Shown piece after piece: positions 39,031 to 53,478 of a stretch of 64,000 bases of DNA. The notes under the pieces are model-generated. The model made no database searches and had not been told where the DNA came from. It worked only from the letters and a program-made list of their open reading frames with translations. A program made the translations under genes and the position numbers. Origin of the DNA: Octopus sinensis (Eukaryota); contig NC_042997.1 of the NCBI RefSeq assembly GCF_006345805.1, positions 6,696,001 through 6,760,000 on the forward strand, given 5' to 3'. The first letter of the stretch is position 1, and each line of letters opens with the position of its first letter.

Positions 39031-39997
39031 CTTTGTAGTGCATGAATTTTGTTTTTGTTGATGATGCTCTAACAGCTCTTATCTCTTTGTACAATCATAA
39101 TGTGAGGTGTACTTTTGATCCATATCATTATTCCAGTAGATCATCTATCTGCCATTACTTTATTCCAAATTTTAACGAAGTCTTTATAAATTTAAAAAGG
39201 AAAATATTTTCAGCCAAGTATTTTCTACCCACTCTCTAAAAATTAAGGCGAGTAATATAGCCCGAAAAAGGATTTATTACACGTTTAGAAGAAAGGAAAG
39301 CAGATTAAGATTATTATTGTTTGAGCACTCAACAAAATATATTTTACTTAAGGGATATAGCAATTGTTGGCATTGAAAGAATTAAGATGTTTATATTGTT
39401 CAAAATATTGTATTTGTTACCTGTTGTGTCCATTTGCTTCTAAGATACTTCAAATTATTTTCACCCTGTTCTTTTGAAATTACATTTTATTTTTAATTTC
39501 ATTACATTATTCAATTTGCAATGAATATGCACTAGGCTTTGTAAAAAGATATTCTCTTGATGCTTATAACTACACAATAAATTCTGAAGGCAACGTTAAT
39601 TATTTGCTGTGTGAGATATAATATAGCTATCTCAGAAATTGTTTGAGATTTACTAACTGATAAGCGTATTTTTTACAGCTCCCATTTTATTACGTAAATG
39701 CTTGAGCTATGACTTCAACATATTTTCCACCAGCAACACTATGCGAGAAATATCAACTCTTTGCAAATAATTCAGCACATTTTTATCACATGTTCACGGG
39801 ATTACATTAGGTATATGCTGTAAACACTTCTGTCATAAGCATGTATAATAAACTTTATACTTTCTTTTTTTAACATACAGTTTCTAAGGTAATGACATTT
39901 TTTCAGTTACCAAGAATAAACACATACACATACACGCGCGCACTCATAAACGCACATATATACAAATTATAAATCGATAGTGCGTTTGCAGTGTTTG

Positions 39998-40059
39998 CCT
40001 TCACTGTACGACTATATATACTATCGAACCAGGGCCCTCAGTCATCGGACAGCGGAAGG
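39998..40059 (-). ncRNA. Degenerate hammerhead-like motif
   Basis: Minus strand CCUUCCGCUGU-CCGAUGA-CUGAGGGCCCUGGUUC-GAUA-GUAUAUAUAGUCGUA-CAGUGAAGG; good stem I, mutated core. Confidence 0.35.
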
Positions 40060-41040
40060 TACCGGGCTGCAAATCATACGATACCGAGCTGCACCAAAAT
40101 ATTTCTATTTTATATACTGTTGCAGTCTTTAGGGTATTTTGCATTATATATATATAGTTTATATTGTATACACATATATATGAATATGGATATATATTTT
40201 TTTATATGCCTACCTATGTATAAAAATATACATATATGTGCATTGCCCCTTGTTCCTCTCTCTCTCTCTCTCTCTCTCTCTTACTCTCTCTGTATATATA
40301 AATATATATGCATGTGTGCGTGTGTAATACTTCGTAGTGAGTTAGCGATTATTAATGACATGTAAATTATATCTGTCTGTGCTGTTTAAAATACGTAATA
40401 TATTTACTTTCAAATGTAAAACTATATAAGAGAATCCCTACATGTGTGGCTGACGGAAAATCAGATTATTTCTACCATGTAACAATCTTCGTTTCATAAA
40501 ATAAAAAATAAGTAAAATAAACGTGACAATTTACTTATAGGTGTAGGACTGTTAAAAAGAAAATATATCTAATATTCACGAGAAAATAGAATATATAAAT
40601 GGCGTGCATATTTCTATTGGCAACATTACAAATAAATGAATATTTTTTTTGTTTTTTATAAACATAGCATTACTGATCATTAAACCTCGCAATAATACTC
40701 TAAATAATTTTTCTTGGCATGATTTCTTTTCAGTTTTCATCATATGCCAAAAGGTTTCTCGTAAGGTTCTCGTAACATGTCAATAGGTTCATATGAGGCT
40801 TCAATGAAAATAAGACGCCGTAGCGTCTAGTTATATAATAGAAGAATAATTAACGAATTATATGTAAACCGTTCCGAATCGGAATGTGAATACTTGCACT
40901 CTGTATTTATGGAATGACATATGACTCAAAATTGGCTCCATGCATATGGCTGAATACTAATCTGCAACACATAAATGTGCTTTGGGCAGAGATACTTCAC
41001 CACAAATTAATTCTTGAAAAGAAAAATATTAGAAGTGAAA

Positions 41041-41080
<40 letters not shown>

Positions 41081-42054
41081 TCGCATTCCTGTATAAGACT
41101 CTTGTCCTTCCTTCTCCTCCTCCTTTCTCCTCTAGACATCTTTACTAATCGATACAGCTACATTTTTCCAACCCACTATCGCCTTTTCTTAACTTTCCTT
41201 CACATGTGCGTTATACAATTATTTCTTGGCTTTATTTCTGTTCCTTCTTATGCCTCACCCTCTACAAAAACTCTAAAAAGAGAAAGTAATGTTCTAAAAC
41301 ATATGTTGATGTCCCACTTACCGTGCCAAAGCCACCTTACTGAACAATATTTCATTTATAGCAACTATGGTTATGCATTGATTGCAATTGCGTAAACGTA
41401 TAGAATTTTTTCTTGCAGATAACCGAATCTGAAGCTAACGTCTCATATAACATTCTCTCCTTGAAAATTAGATTTGTTTCATACTCTCGCAAACGTATAA
41501 CGATATGTGTGTGTTTATCTGTGTGTACCTGTGTGTGACTCAATATTTGCAAATAAAGAAAATTTTCATTTATACATAGATTTTGAATATATTCTAGGGT
41601 GTAATTTTATTGATATATTTCAATTTGAGGTTGAACATTTGATTGAGATTTACGATGTGGAAAGAGATATTTACACATGAAATTGTGAGAGCCATGATTC
41701 ACTTAAAACTTATGTTATTGTAGATCTATCGATATAGGCTTCATACTAATTAGCATAGTGTGGGTGGATATTCAGGAAAATAACTGTTACCAATGAATTA
41801 TCATGAACAAAATATTGAATGGTGTATTCCGAGTCATATACTTCACTCCAAATAAGCAAGTATAATCATTCCAAGTTGGCAGATATTAAGACTATGTAAC
41901 TCAAATGCGGGATTTTGCTTATGATAGTTTCAACCAACCTTGTATATTGTAAAGAATACCTGCTATGAATATAAGCTCAAACTCCTAGAACCTTTTTTTT
42001 TAACGAAATCTCATACTCATATGTATGTACGCGTATGAGATCATACATACGTAA

Positions 42055-42111
<57 letters not shown>

Positions 42112-45100
42112 CGTATATGCAAATACACACTTTGCATTTGCAATAAAGCATGTGTTTACGGAAGTAGATTTTCATCTGTTTGTAGATGCAGTGCAGACGC
42201 AGACATACTGTGACACCTCGTTAAACTTAGGTAGTGAAATATCCAGCCAGTTATGCATGACTGCACTATCACATATTTTGTAATTTATTCATGGACAATA
42301 AAAGCTTGAAGTAAAAAATTATCCTGAAAATGTTTACAAGCTAAACCTTAAACTAAAGCTGACAGTGTCGGAATATTTATCGAAACGAATTTCTTTTAGA
42401 GCAGATTTTATTCCCTATGTTAAACTCATTTTTATTTTATTTATTTAATTTTTTTACTTTCCATTTACATCAAGAAGTTATCACAAATTATTTAATAAAC
42501 TACGCGAAATTATGTTAGAAATATATTACGTAACACCGTCGAAAGATTTCTCTTCTTTTATAGAATTCTACTTGGAGTATTAATAATTACAGGCCACCTA
42601 CTATTAGCAATAGTTCAAAAATATCAACACAAATAAATTACACGGAAAACAATCATGAAAATGACCTCTGCCTAACCAATGTATAATTTTCAAATCTAGT
42701 ATTAAAGAGTGTATTAGTCGTATTATTAAAGACAACTCTGTTGTGTACTATTGGATAGAGAGTACAAAGATAAAACCAAAACCATTAATGAACACATTTT
42801 ATTCTCATGGTGCAAGCAAGAACGTCATGGAACATTAATGGACTACTGAACGTAGGAATGCTATTGTTTAAAAATACATACATAGAATTAATAAGGATGT
42901 ATGAAAACGATCTGTGTAAAAGATGACACGTGAAATGACTCACGTCTTTAATATATATGATTGTGTATGTGTAGGTATGTGTATATATCTATGTATAATA
43001 TACCTTCATCTATAAATATATGTATATATATATATATGTATGCATGAGTGTGTGTGTGTATGAGTTAATGTGTGTGGCAATGTAGAACCTGTTTATTCCA
43101 CCACTTGCACCGATTTTCACAATAATATTAATGATGTTTGTCAATCAAATCTTTTCTGGATCCAGTGATATAACAGATTAGCTTTAGGTACAGAATATGA
43201 TAACTCCGCACAACCATTTATTCTCCCATGAAATTTGAGGAGACGTCAGAAATGTCCTTAACAATTAAATAGTAGAGATAGTACAAGCACTTAAAGTTTA
43301 ATGCCGAAAAATGTATCATCGACCAATTTATATTTCCAGTTGTCAAACTATTTGTGGCCGCTTACATAACTATTTTACTGCTATTTTAAGTTAGGTCGTG
43401 TATACACTTACATTAGTTTAAAACTTCTCTTGAAGCAGATTATAATTTTCTTTTATCTCTCAGTATGCAAATCCAATCTCCCAAATGCTTCCACTGGAAA
43501 CTGAATCCCAAAATAATTCTGGCAATATTCCATTTAAAGAAATGTAAAGTGAAATTGAGTTAAGCATTTTGAATAAAACTTAGAATAGCAGCATAATTAA
43601 TAGCTGCCTTTATGATAACTTTCGCTGATATATCGCTGCCGTCGATCTGATTCAACAAAAACAACAACAGGATTTTAAACCAGCATGATCGAAATCCATC
43701 TACAGATAACATGGTGAATAGAAGAATAATCAGTTTATAGCTGTTACTTATTAAATCTGTCATAAACCGCGTTTCAAGTTATTTTAATCCTCCATAAACT
43801 CTGTGCGTAGAGCGTCAGGTGTTTATATTGCAACATTGTGTGTCACTCCTTGTTCAATTCATTTTCTCAGACAAAATGTTTCTTTTACTTAACGTTTTCA
43901 AATAGTACGCCTTTGTATGAAGTTTTCGTCCATTTCCTTCTTGAACATTTCTTTAATTATTAGTTTTAACTATGAAACATAATAATATTAACGTCCAAAG
44001 TAAATAGATTGAAACAGAAATGTAATTATATCAGAAACCCATAACTGAATAATAGCTCGCTGGATAATAATTCATTAGGGCACGATACCATACGGTAATA
44101 TGGTAATAGAAATTTTTTGAATAGATAAAGTTAAGTTGATTTCTCGAGAAAGATACGGTGTTTCTTTTGAAGGAGGGAGCAATAATTTCCTCTTGTTAAG
44201 TGAATAATTCAGTAACATCGGTGAACATATTGACTTTACAAATTAGTGTATTTTCTGATTGGAAATGGCAATCACTTTCTTTCATTTGGAATTGCATCAA
44301 TACCATTCATCATGTAGAGTGGCTTAGGTAAACAATGGAAAGCAAGTGAAGATAACAACAAACTGTACATGAAGGCGAACTGCTTGATGTTTCACAGAAA
44401 CAAGGTATTGTTAGCAAATCGATATTTTCAAGTTAATGAAACTTCATAACTGTGACGACAATACGTTTTCCTTCCTTGATCCATCCTAATCCAAGTACTT
44501 GCTTTACCAATACTACCGAAAATCAACGTAAACCTTATGATATATTTATACTTTACTCACATTGCACAACCAATTTATACTGACTGAGACATATGGGCTG
44601 CCGTGCTTCGGAACGCGTAATGCAGGATGCTTTCGAAGCCACATTTATCTGTCGCAGTTCATTCTACAAATGATCAACATTTGGAATGTCATTCGTAGAG
44701 TATACTTGGACAGGCGCCTTTCAGTGCTTTGTATAGGGTTCCTATGCAATTGTATAATTTGTACTTTGGCATGCCAACCGAAATTGAATCAGCACCTAGA
44801 TATATTCGAATAGCTGGGATGTATTTCTCAGAAACGGTTTTTTCATTTATGGTTCTGTAACTAGTCCTAATATAAAACTACAGATATGTACGTGTCACTT
44901 CAGCAAAGAAAGAGAAAACAAGTCCAAACACTTTGTGATTAGCATTTCATCTTATGGCACAGTAACTTCCTTTTGAAAATTAGATAAACTTCACATCATT
45001 CATATCATTTTTTAATGTACAAAGTGCTTTACGAAAATCGGAAAAGTAATATATTCAGATATCATCGCAATATAGACGAAACCTAACTTTGTTACTCGTT

Positions 45101-45467
45101 TCCGATAATTCGCTGTTTCAAAATTGCATAACCGTCTTAACGTGGTTTATATGAATTTCATTATGAGTAGTTTGTGCCAATCATGCTTCATAAACCCTAT
45201 TCAGAAAAGTACACTGGAAAGATTGCCATAGAGTCACTCACACACATTTTCCAATTACAGTCCCACTCGCCCAATGTCTCATCTTCCTACATATTCATCT
45301 GTAGTATCATGGTCTCCATCACTCGGAGCTGGCTGGGTGTTTGCTAACTTTTACAAATACACACAAACATAGACGAAGAAACACACACATACAATTATAT
45401 ATATATTTATAATACATTGTAACGTAAGCACACACATATATATGAATATGCATACATATGTATATAA

Positions 45468-45676
45468 TAAATCCAAACAAAAGAAGAACAAGCATGAAAG
45501 AAGAACAACGCGAGGACATGGTACAGGTAATGTATTATCAGACGCCTAGGAAAAGAAAGAAAGAGGCGTTAACGTTGCAAGCAAAGCTCTTCTTCAGAAA
45601 AAGAGGAAATTCCAAAAGGATGGAAGACAGAGAAAGAAAATCCCCAACGATTTACCTGTGGATACGTTTTGAAAAT

Positions 45677-45680
<4 letters not shown>
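45468..45680 (-). mobile_element. Penelope-type terminal-repeat-like element with minimal HHR variant (family shared with 48506 and 56655)
   Basis: Minus strand CUGAAGAA-GAGC-UUU-GCUU-GCAAC-GUU (45569-45600), then gtcctcgcgttgtt...ttgtttggatt and (TA)n. Confidence 0.6.
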
Positions 45681-45737
<57 letters not shown>

Positions 45738-45778
45738 TATATATGTACATATATATATATGCAACTAGATATAATGAT

Positions 45779-45818
<40 letters not shown>

Positions 45819-47224
45819 GCTTGGGATTGTACGTGGAAGTACATATATATGTGTGATTGTGTACGTAAGTGCGTATGTATCCATGCAACGTTTAGTTATA
45901 ATCTCGAGAGTTGAAGAATTTTCTTGGTTTGACATTGTGTCTGTCTTAGCTGTGTTAAGGAGACGTTTTCTCGAGAAGGGAATGTTACTAATGGTAAGCC
46001 TCAAACTTTCAAGCGATTTTGAGAATTCAAGCTTTGTGCAACGCTTAATGAATTGGAGTGTTGTGTGGCTGGGTTTTATACTTTACAGAAGCCTTTGAGC
46101 TTTCTTCATGTTCAAAGAGACAATATTTACATATCTCCATGGGATGTTTCATTCGAGGCTTCTGTTCATAAGTTCATTGAGTGTTTGTCGTGTCTTGTAT
46201 AAGATTCGAGTGGATGGCAATTAAAATTTTATTCATCATCAAAATTCAGTTATGTGCCGGACAAATGGAGAACTTCATTAACTGAATATTTCCACTAAAT
46301 ATGCAGAATTTATTCATATTTGTTACATTTATTCATTTATATTTCTCCCAATATTCACTTTCATCCAACCGCCTTATTTGCAAAAAAAAACTATCAAGTG
46401 TTTTACAGCTGCAATCAATGTGACTTAGCTATTAGATAGCATTTAGAAGCTATTACTGTTAAACCTTCTTAAGTAGTTAGTCGCACATAAAAATATTGTA
46501 AAATTAACTACAACGTCATAATGCAAGAAATTGTATCGCCATCTTTTTTTACATCCAGTTAAGTGTTATGTAGTTCTACATTAAATTTCCTAATAATTTA
46601 AGAGGTTATGCAAACGAATATCAAAGGAATAAAACTACTACGGCGAAACTATATGAGAGATTAAATACTAAATTTCAAATTAAAATGTGTACTGTGTCAA
46701 TGATTAAAGCAACGCAGAATTTAGTAGATTCATAATACAATAGACACATGCAAAAAATTATTTTTCTATATTTTATATATATTCTATATATTTTATATAT
46801 TTTAACCATATTAATTGTAGTTTCAAAACATGACAATTCGTTATTTCTAAAAGTGGCTAGGATTTATGGCAATGATCGAACGAATACGCTGTTACTCTCT
46901 CATTCACAAATTTATAGTTTCGTCGATATAAACTACTTATAATTATATCACATTTAACCAAACTTAACATGGCGAAATGTGTACTTGAAGGTGCACTGCA
47001 TTAGTAGAACTTATGCGTTAAGAAAATTATTTTGCGTTGTATATCTAAATCAAGCACGTATCATTTATATTTATATGTATGAATATTTGTACGCAAATAT
47101 GCATAGTTAAATACGAGATAAAGGGAAAGCGTAAAAAGAGAGTTCGAAGATAATGCATTAGCTTATCTCGTGAAAGTAGTCTGGAATACACTGCTATATA
47201 CAATATTGTTGGCCTTCAGAAATA

Positions 47225-48488
47225 CGAGGGACGTTCAATAAGTAATGCCTCTGACCCACTTGCAGTTGTTTGATCTAGCTGAAATTTTGCATGTGCAATC
47301 ATTTTTATATCAATAGATTAAGTGGCAAATTACAGCACTGAATTAATTGTGATTTCTGATTTACAGGTGTTGGAACCGAGTCAAGTGATAAATGGAGCCT
47401 GTTGAGTGTCGAGCAGTGATCCGGTTTTTGTATATATGAAAGGACGCACACCACGGGAGACTTTTGATGAAATGAAAGTAACTTATGGTGATGATGCCCC
47501 ATCATATGACCTTGTAAAACGCTGGCATCGTGAATTCAAACATGGTCGGAACTCTGTGGAAACAGCTCCCAGATCTGGTCGCCCCCTTCTGCCATTGATG
47601 AGGCATCTGTCCGTCAATTTGAGGCTGCCATTTTGGAAGATCGACGCATAATTATTCGCCAAATAGCCCATGAGGTCAAGATTAGTACCGGGTCTGTGGA
47701 AACTATCATTCATGACCATTTGCATATGCAAAAGGTGTCTTCCAGATGGATTCCCAGGTTGCTCACGCCGTTCCAGAAGCAAGAACGCGTCAAGTGCTCG
47801 AGGGTGAATTTAGAGATGTGCCAAGAAGATGAGTCAAAATTTTTCAAAAGACTGATAACACAGGATGAAACCTGGGTCCATCATAATGAACCAGAGACCA
47901 AAGCCCAGTCAATGCAGTGGAAGCACCGTGACTTACCCCCTCCAAAGAAGGCAAGGGTGCAGCCCTCCGCTTGCAAGGTCATGCTCACAGTCTTCTGGGA
48001 CCAGGACGGTGTAGTGATGATAGATTTCCTGGCAAAGGGTACCACAATTGCAGGAGCCTATTATGCTTCACTTTTGAGGAAATTAAGAGAAGTTATCAAA
48101 ATCAAGAGGCCGGGCAAGATCAGCAAAGGCATCCTCCTCCTGCAGGACAACGCTCCGGTCCACAACTTGCTTGTCGCCAGATCAGAAGCACAGGCGTATG
48201 GCTATGGACCCCTCCCCACCCCCTACTTTCCTGACCTTGCACCCTCTGATTTTCACCTCTTCCCAATCATGAAGTTGTTTTTGAAAGGAAAGTGTTTCCC
48301 AGATGATGCAGCCTTGATATCTGAAGTCACGTTGAGGTTGGGGGACCAAGCTGGGTTCTTCTACAAAAATGGTCTCCAGAGCCGCATCAAACGATGGGAG
48401 AAATGCGTAACTCTGGGGGGTTCCTATGTAGAAAAAGACTAATAACTGTGCCAAGTTTCGTTGCTCTACTGCTATGGGAAGTGGGTCA
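47225..48488 (+). mobile_element. Mariner transposon (irritans/Hsmar2-like), right TIR truncated
   Basis: TA then left TIR cgagggacgttcaataagtaatgcctctgacccact; on the right only agtgggtca (48480-48488) remains. Confidence 0.92.
47392..48442 (+). pseudogene. Mariner transposase, two frameshifts
   Basis: MEPVECRAVIRFLY / MKGRTPRETF...RSGRP / ...WIPRLLT...QDETW...LQDNAP...YFPDLAPSDFHLF. Catalytic D,D,D present; spacing 33, probably from a codon deletion. Confidence 0.92.
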
Positions 48489-48505
48489 TATATATATATA
48501 TATAT

Positions 48506-48712
48506 AGTTAATCCAAACAAGAAAACACAAAAACAAAAAACCACAACAACGCGAGGACGTGGAACAAATAAAGTATTATTGGACGCTCAGGAAAGAAGGG
48601 AAGAAGGAGAGTTTAACTTTTCGAGCGGAGCTCTTCGACGGAAACATAGGAGAAGGAAATATCCCAAGAAAGGAAGACAGAGGAAAAAACATCGCCAGAG
48701 GTACTGTGCGTG

Positions 48713-48760
<48 letters not shown>

Positions 48761-49065
48761 AGAGAACGAAAGAAAAGCGAAAGAAGACAGAGAAAGAGAC
48801 AGAGAGGAAGGAATTGTTTGAATATGACAATATTCTATATATTAATTAGGAGAAATAAGTGAGGGAAAGGAAACATCAATATCGTTTTGACAGGTTGGAC
48901 TGTACTATATGCAAAGGGAGAAGTTATAGAAGAGAGGTGAAACGGATATATAAATAGGCCAATAACCCCCAGGAGCAACAATCTTAACACATGTAACGTA
49001 ACAATACCGGCACTACTTTGGTACCTCTTCGAAGATAACGGATAGTGCAAAATAGAATATAATAA
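48506..49065 (-). mobile_element. Penelope-type terminal-repeat-like element with minimal HHR variant and internal (GA)n
   Basis: Minus strand GUUU-CCGUCGAA-GAGC-UCC-GCUC-GAAAA-GUU-AAAC (48611-48644); tail homologous to 45468-45560. Right boundary approximate. Confidence 0.6.
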
Positions 49066-49670
49066 CATTGTACACTTCTATATTTTAGAGATGATGAATT
49101 ATGTATATTATTCACATTATTTACATTTGACGAATAATTCTCTTCATCTGCTGATATACTCTCCAGCCTTCATCGTGTGTCTTGAGGAAAATTCGAACAT
49201 GGGTTCTCATTCGTAAGGTATTTTTCGGTGTTAATATTATCATTATTATTATTATTATTATATATATTTACAAAATATAAATTTATATCTTCAGCAACAA
49301 CAACGCTCAAGATATACAACAGACTGGAAATAGAAGTGCTCCAATGAGCTGTATACATATTTTTATCCAAGGGGAGGCAATGCGAGCAACAACCACAGGA
49401 ACATCACAAAAGTCAAATATAGACCAAAGGCATACAAATCCTATATACTACTTTATACCTAAACAGTCCGACATTTAAAAAAAATTAATTCAGTAATATA
49501 TAAGTATCATATACAAATACAAATATAAATTTTGCATATAACACGCTTAAAACTGTTAGAATAAGAGAAATAAATATAACGATAATAAAATAGAAATATG
49601 GCATATTGAATAGTACATAGAATATAATACATAGAATATAATACATATACAAGCTTACAAAAATATAAGA

Positions 49671-49782
49671 TATACAGACGTCCATCTACGGGCCATTTCG
49701 GGGAGGTGCCAATTAAAATTAGACACATCAGTACTTAAAATAGTACTTAGAATTGGCACTCCCCTCATCAGGAAGTCGTATA
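49671..49782 (-). ncRNA. Type I hammerhead motif with long stem II, partly decayed
   Basis: CUGAUGA (49771-49765), 14-bp stem II GGGGAGUGCCAAUU/AAUUGGCACCUCCCC, then GAAAU-GGCCC-GUA; proximal stem I imperfect. Confidence 0.65.
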
Positions 49783-50499
49783 TAACACATATAAAACATG
49801 AACAAATACACAATCACATACCGGCCATTCTCAGAACACGGCATTTACGTACTCCCAGAAACTTTTTCGTCGATCCTGAATGGAACTTTATACGCATACA
49901 TTTCAATCAAGACGCCATAGTAAATTGTATGCACACAGCGCCATCTGTACCATTTTACTTCAGCACTTAATTTATTTTATTGTATTTTATTTCAATTTTA
50001 TAAATTCTCCCATACATGCAAAGCCATATATTCAGGTACGAGTCCACGACTAACAGCTATGTTTTTTATAATTACATTACTTTAGGCCTATTCAGTCATT
50101 CCCTATGTCGGATCTACTTAGTGCTATTAATATTAATACCATCTTCTATGTCGTTAATGAATTTTCCATTAAAGCTTCTGTCATCATTTCTAACATTATA
50201 GCGCCTTATTTTACGAAATAATACAATATTATTTATGATAATACAATATTATTTATACCTTATCCTGGTCAGTAAATTCTGGGGATTCCAGTATAATGAA
50301 ACACCGTGTTTCTAAGTTGTGTTGTATGGAATCGCTCGTTATCCTTCGACATCGTAACTCCTAAATACTCAACAGGAATTTTGACTGAATCTTCTTATGT
50401 AAACACAATTGTATTTCTCTTTCATCCTCTACGTAAAGTTCTTGTGATGTTGTCATATTTATGATTAAGTCAATACTTTTTACTTAATCGTTCTAACAA

Positions 50500-50770
50500 T
50501 GCTAAGAGCAGTTTCTTCCACTGCACTTTCTGTACCTTACTCCTTATCTCAAGTATATCTTTGGCATCTGCCTCACATCTGATCCTTTAATTCTTTACTT
50601 CCTTTTTCTAGTACTTCTGAATAACTAATTACTATCCCTAATTGATTAAAAAACCTTCAGAATGAACTTCCTGACCGTCAATGTTGATTCCTATAACAAC
50701 AATAACCATGTCTTTACTTCCTTCCATCCCTTTTCCGTTTCACTTATTCAACCACCATATCGATTAAAAG
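50500..50770 (-). mobile_element. Very decayed R4/Dong-like 3' fragment
   Basis: Broken frames WKEVKT / VIVVIG and ETALSIVRTIK*KVLT* resemble the end of the 18243-18746 element. Confidence 0.35.
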
Positions 50771-51859
50771 TCACAGTATTTGGAGAATGTTTTTTATTAT
50801 TAACTTATTGATTATATGAAAAAATTATCAATGAAGACAGATTGACACGAACAATTTCCAGGGAAAATGTTTGTAACACACCCACGCGCACATACATAGA
50901 AAAGCACACACCCACACATACACACATATAGCATGTTGCCATTAAAACCATGCACAACACTTTTAGAATCTTACGAAATATGGAACGCATTCTGATCGAG
51001 AAATTATGTTTGTAATCGTAAGGAATTTGCTCTCAAATGGTCTTCATTTTTAAATGACTACCAGAAGCTGGTGGATTGCTTGACCTGAAAGTCAATTTAA
51101 TTAATTTTTTTATTCTCAGACTTACAGTCTGCACCTGATTCAAATCACGCGCGACAACCTCTACAATACGATAGGCGTGATATTACCAGTATGAGACACA
51201 ATTATTGACAGGTGACATAGAAACATTAAGTTCAGGGAAGCCAATAAATAGGAAAATTCAACCCATATTATTGAATCTAACTTATTCGAAATATTACTGT
51301 TACTATACTTCATATCAAATATGTCATATGCATTGATACTTGTTTCTGTAACATTACGTTGCATTCACATTTTTTCGCACTCATTTTCAATCTCTCCATT
51401 ATCTTTCTCTATCGCTCTCTGTATATTTTCTATCTCTCTTTTAATGTATAGGAAAATATATATAGAAACACATACACACATATGTATGTATATGTGCATG
51501 CGTGAGTGTGTCAGTGTCAGTGTGCGTGCGTATGTATGTATGTTTGCGTAATATTTATATATATTTTTTCCCACAATTTAATAACCGAAACGCGACAAAG
51601 GTACCGTTATATAATATTAGGCGTGTGACTAGACTTAATAATCTTCATGAACCATACACATTGGGAAACAGATATTCATAATGTATGCTGGGGAATTGCC
51701 CAGCGAATGTGCAAGTAGAAACAGTATATGTCCTATTTATAGACGTGTATGTGCTTCGTTATATGTGTATGTTAGTGTGCTTATACATACACAGTCTGTA
51801 TATCTATCATATCTATATATTCATATATAAATACATGACCACGAAAGTAATAACGATAT

Positions 51860-52093
<234 letters not shown>

Positions 52094-52723
52094 TATCGTT
52101 CTCTATACTACAAATACAAAATATATTCTTTTATCAGTTTAGAAGTATATCGATTGTCCACAAGACCCCTTTTAACGGTAAAAGCTCTACGTAATTTTAC
52201 TCCTGAAAGAGGGGAAGGAAGTTCGTGTTATGTCTCTGTCGACTACGTAATTAGCAAATATGGCTTTTTAGCAGCATTCTATGTATGATTGATTTTGTTT
52301 GATACAGTCTTAGTGATAGTAACCGATCTGGACATAAGAGAAGAGAATCATGAGATATGTCTAGAGCACAATAGTAAAAAAAAATATATTTATCCATTTC
52401 CCAGAAATGCATTAAATCATATTGGCCAGAATCCGAAATATAATGCATTCATTTACATAGAAACAAATCCTACAGTTAGGCAGTTCCCTCTGTTTACAAA
52501 ATACATTTCAAACAGAACCTGATATATTATTTTTAATGTATCGCTGATGTAATATACATTGACACATTAAACATAACATGTGTTGTCGCTTGCTATTCAA
52601 CTGAATATCCAACCTTCCTATTCATATCATTTCCTACGATTTCAGAATTAAATACTATGAACTCACAAGTACACAGTTATATAGGTGTATGTGTACGCAT
52701 GTGTGGGTATCTCTGTCTGTTCC

Positions 52724-52765
<42 letters not shown>

Positions 52766-52775
52766 ATATATATAT

Positions 52776-53182
52776 AGGCGCAGCAGTGATAATGTGGTAA
52801 GTTGCTTGCTTACCAACCGCATGGTCCCGGATTCAGTCCCACTGCGTGGTAACTTGTGCAAGTGTCTTCTACTATACACTCGGGCCGACCAAAGCCTTGT
52901 GATTGGATTTGGTAGACGCAAACTAGAAGAAGCTAGTCTTATATGTATATGTATTTGCGTGTATATGTCTGTGTGTCGATGTTTGCCCCCCCCCCCTCAA
53001 CATCGCTTGACAACATATTCTGGTGTGTTTATGTCCCCGTAAATTAGAGGTTTGGCAAATGAGATCCGATAGAATAAGTACTAGGCTTACAAAGAATAAA
53101 CACTTGCTCGACTTAAAGGATGTGCTCCAGCAAGGCCGCTGTCAGATCAATGAAACAAGAAAAACAGTAAACGAGTAAAAGA
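52776..53182 (+). mobile_element. SINE family A, near full length
   Basis: tRNA-like head, central microsatellite, tail gaaacaag...gagtaaaag. Confidence 0.9.
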
Positions 53183-53478
53183 CTATGATGTGTCGGGTAT
53201 ATATATACATGCATATTTGCTTGCATAAATATATATATGAACGTCTGTGTCCAGAAAAAATTATTGCTTATAAATTTATTCACTTATTTTTATCTTGTCC
53301 CGTGTGGCCAAGAACTGGCCGTCATTAGTAATATCCACAGCTCTTTCTATCTTTATTCTTTTTTCTATCTTCCTTTCTTTCGTTTTTCTCTTTTACCTTT
53401 TTTATTCCTTTTCTTTCCTTCTCTCAAAATTCATCTATCTGTCTGTCTGTCTGACTATCTATATTTCTATCTATCTAT

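Noticed and set aside
45870-46240. Minus-strand frame with LQFIKRC, reminiscent of a Penelope N-terminal domain
   Set aside because: Single short motif; cannot be supported without a profile search.
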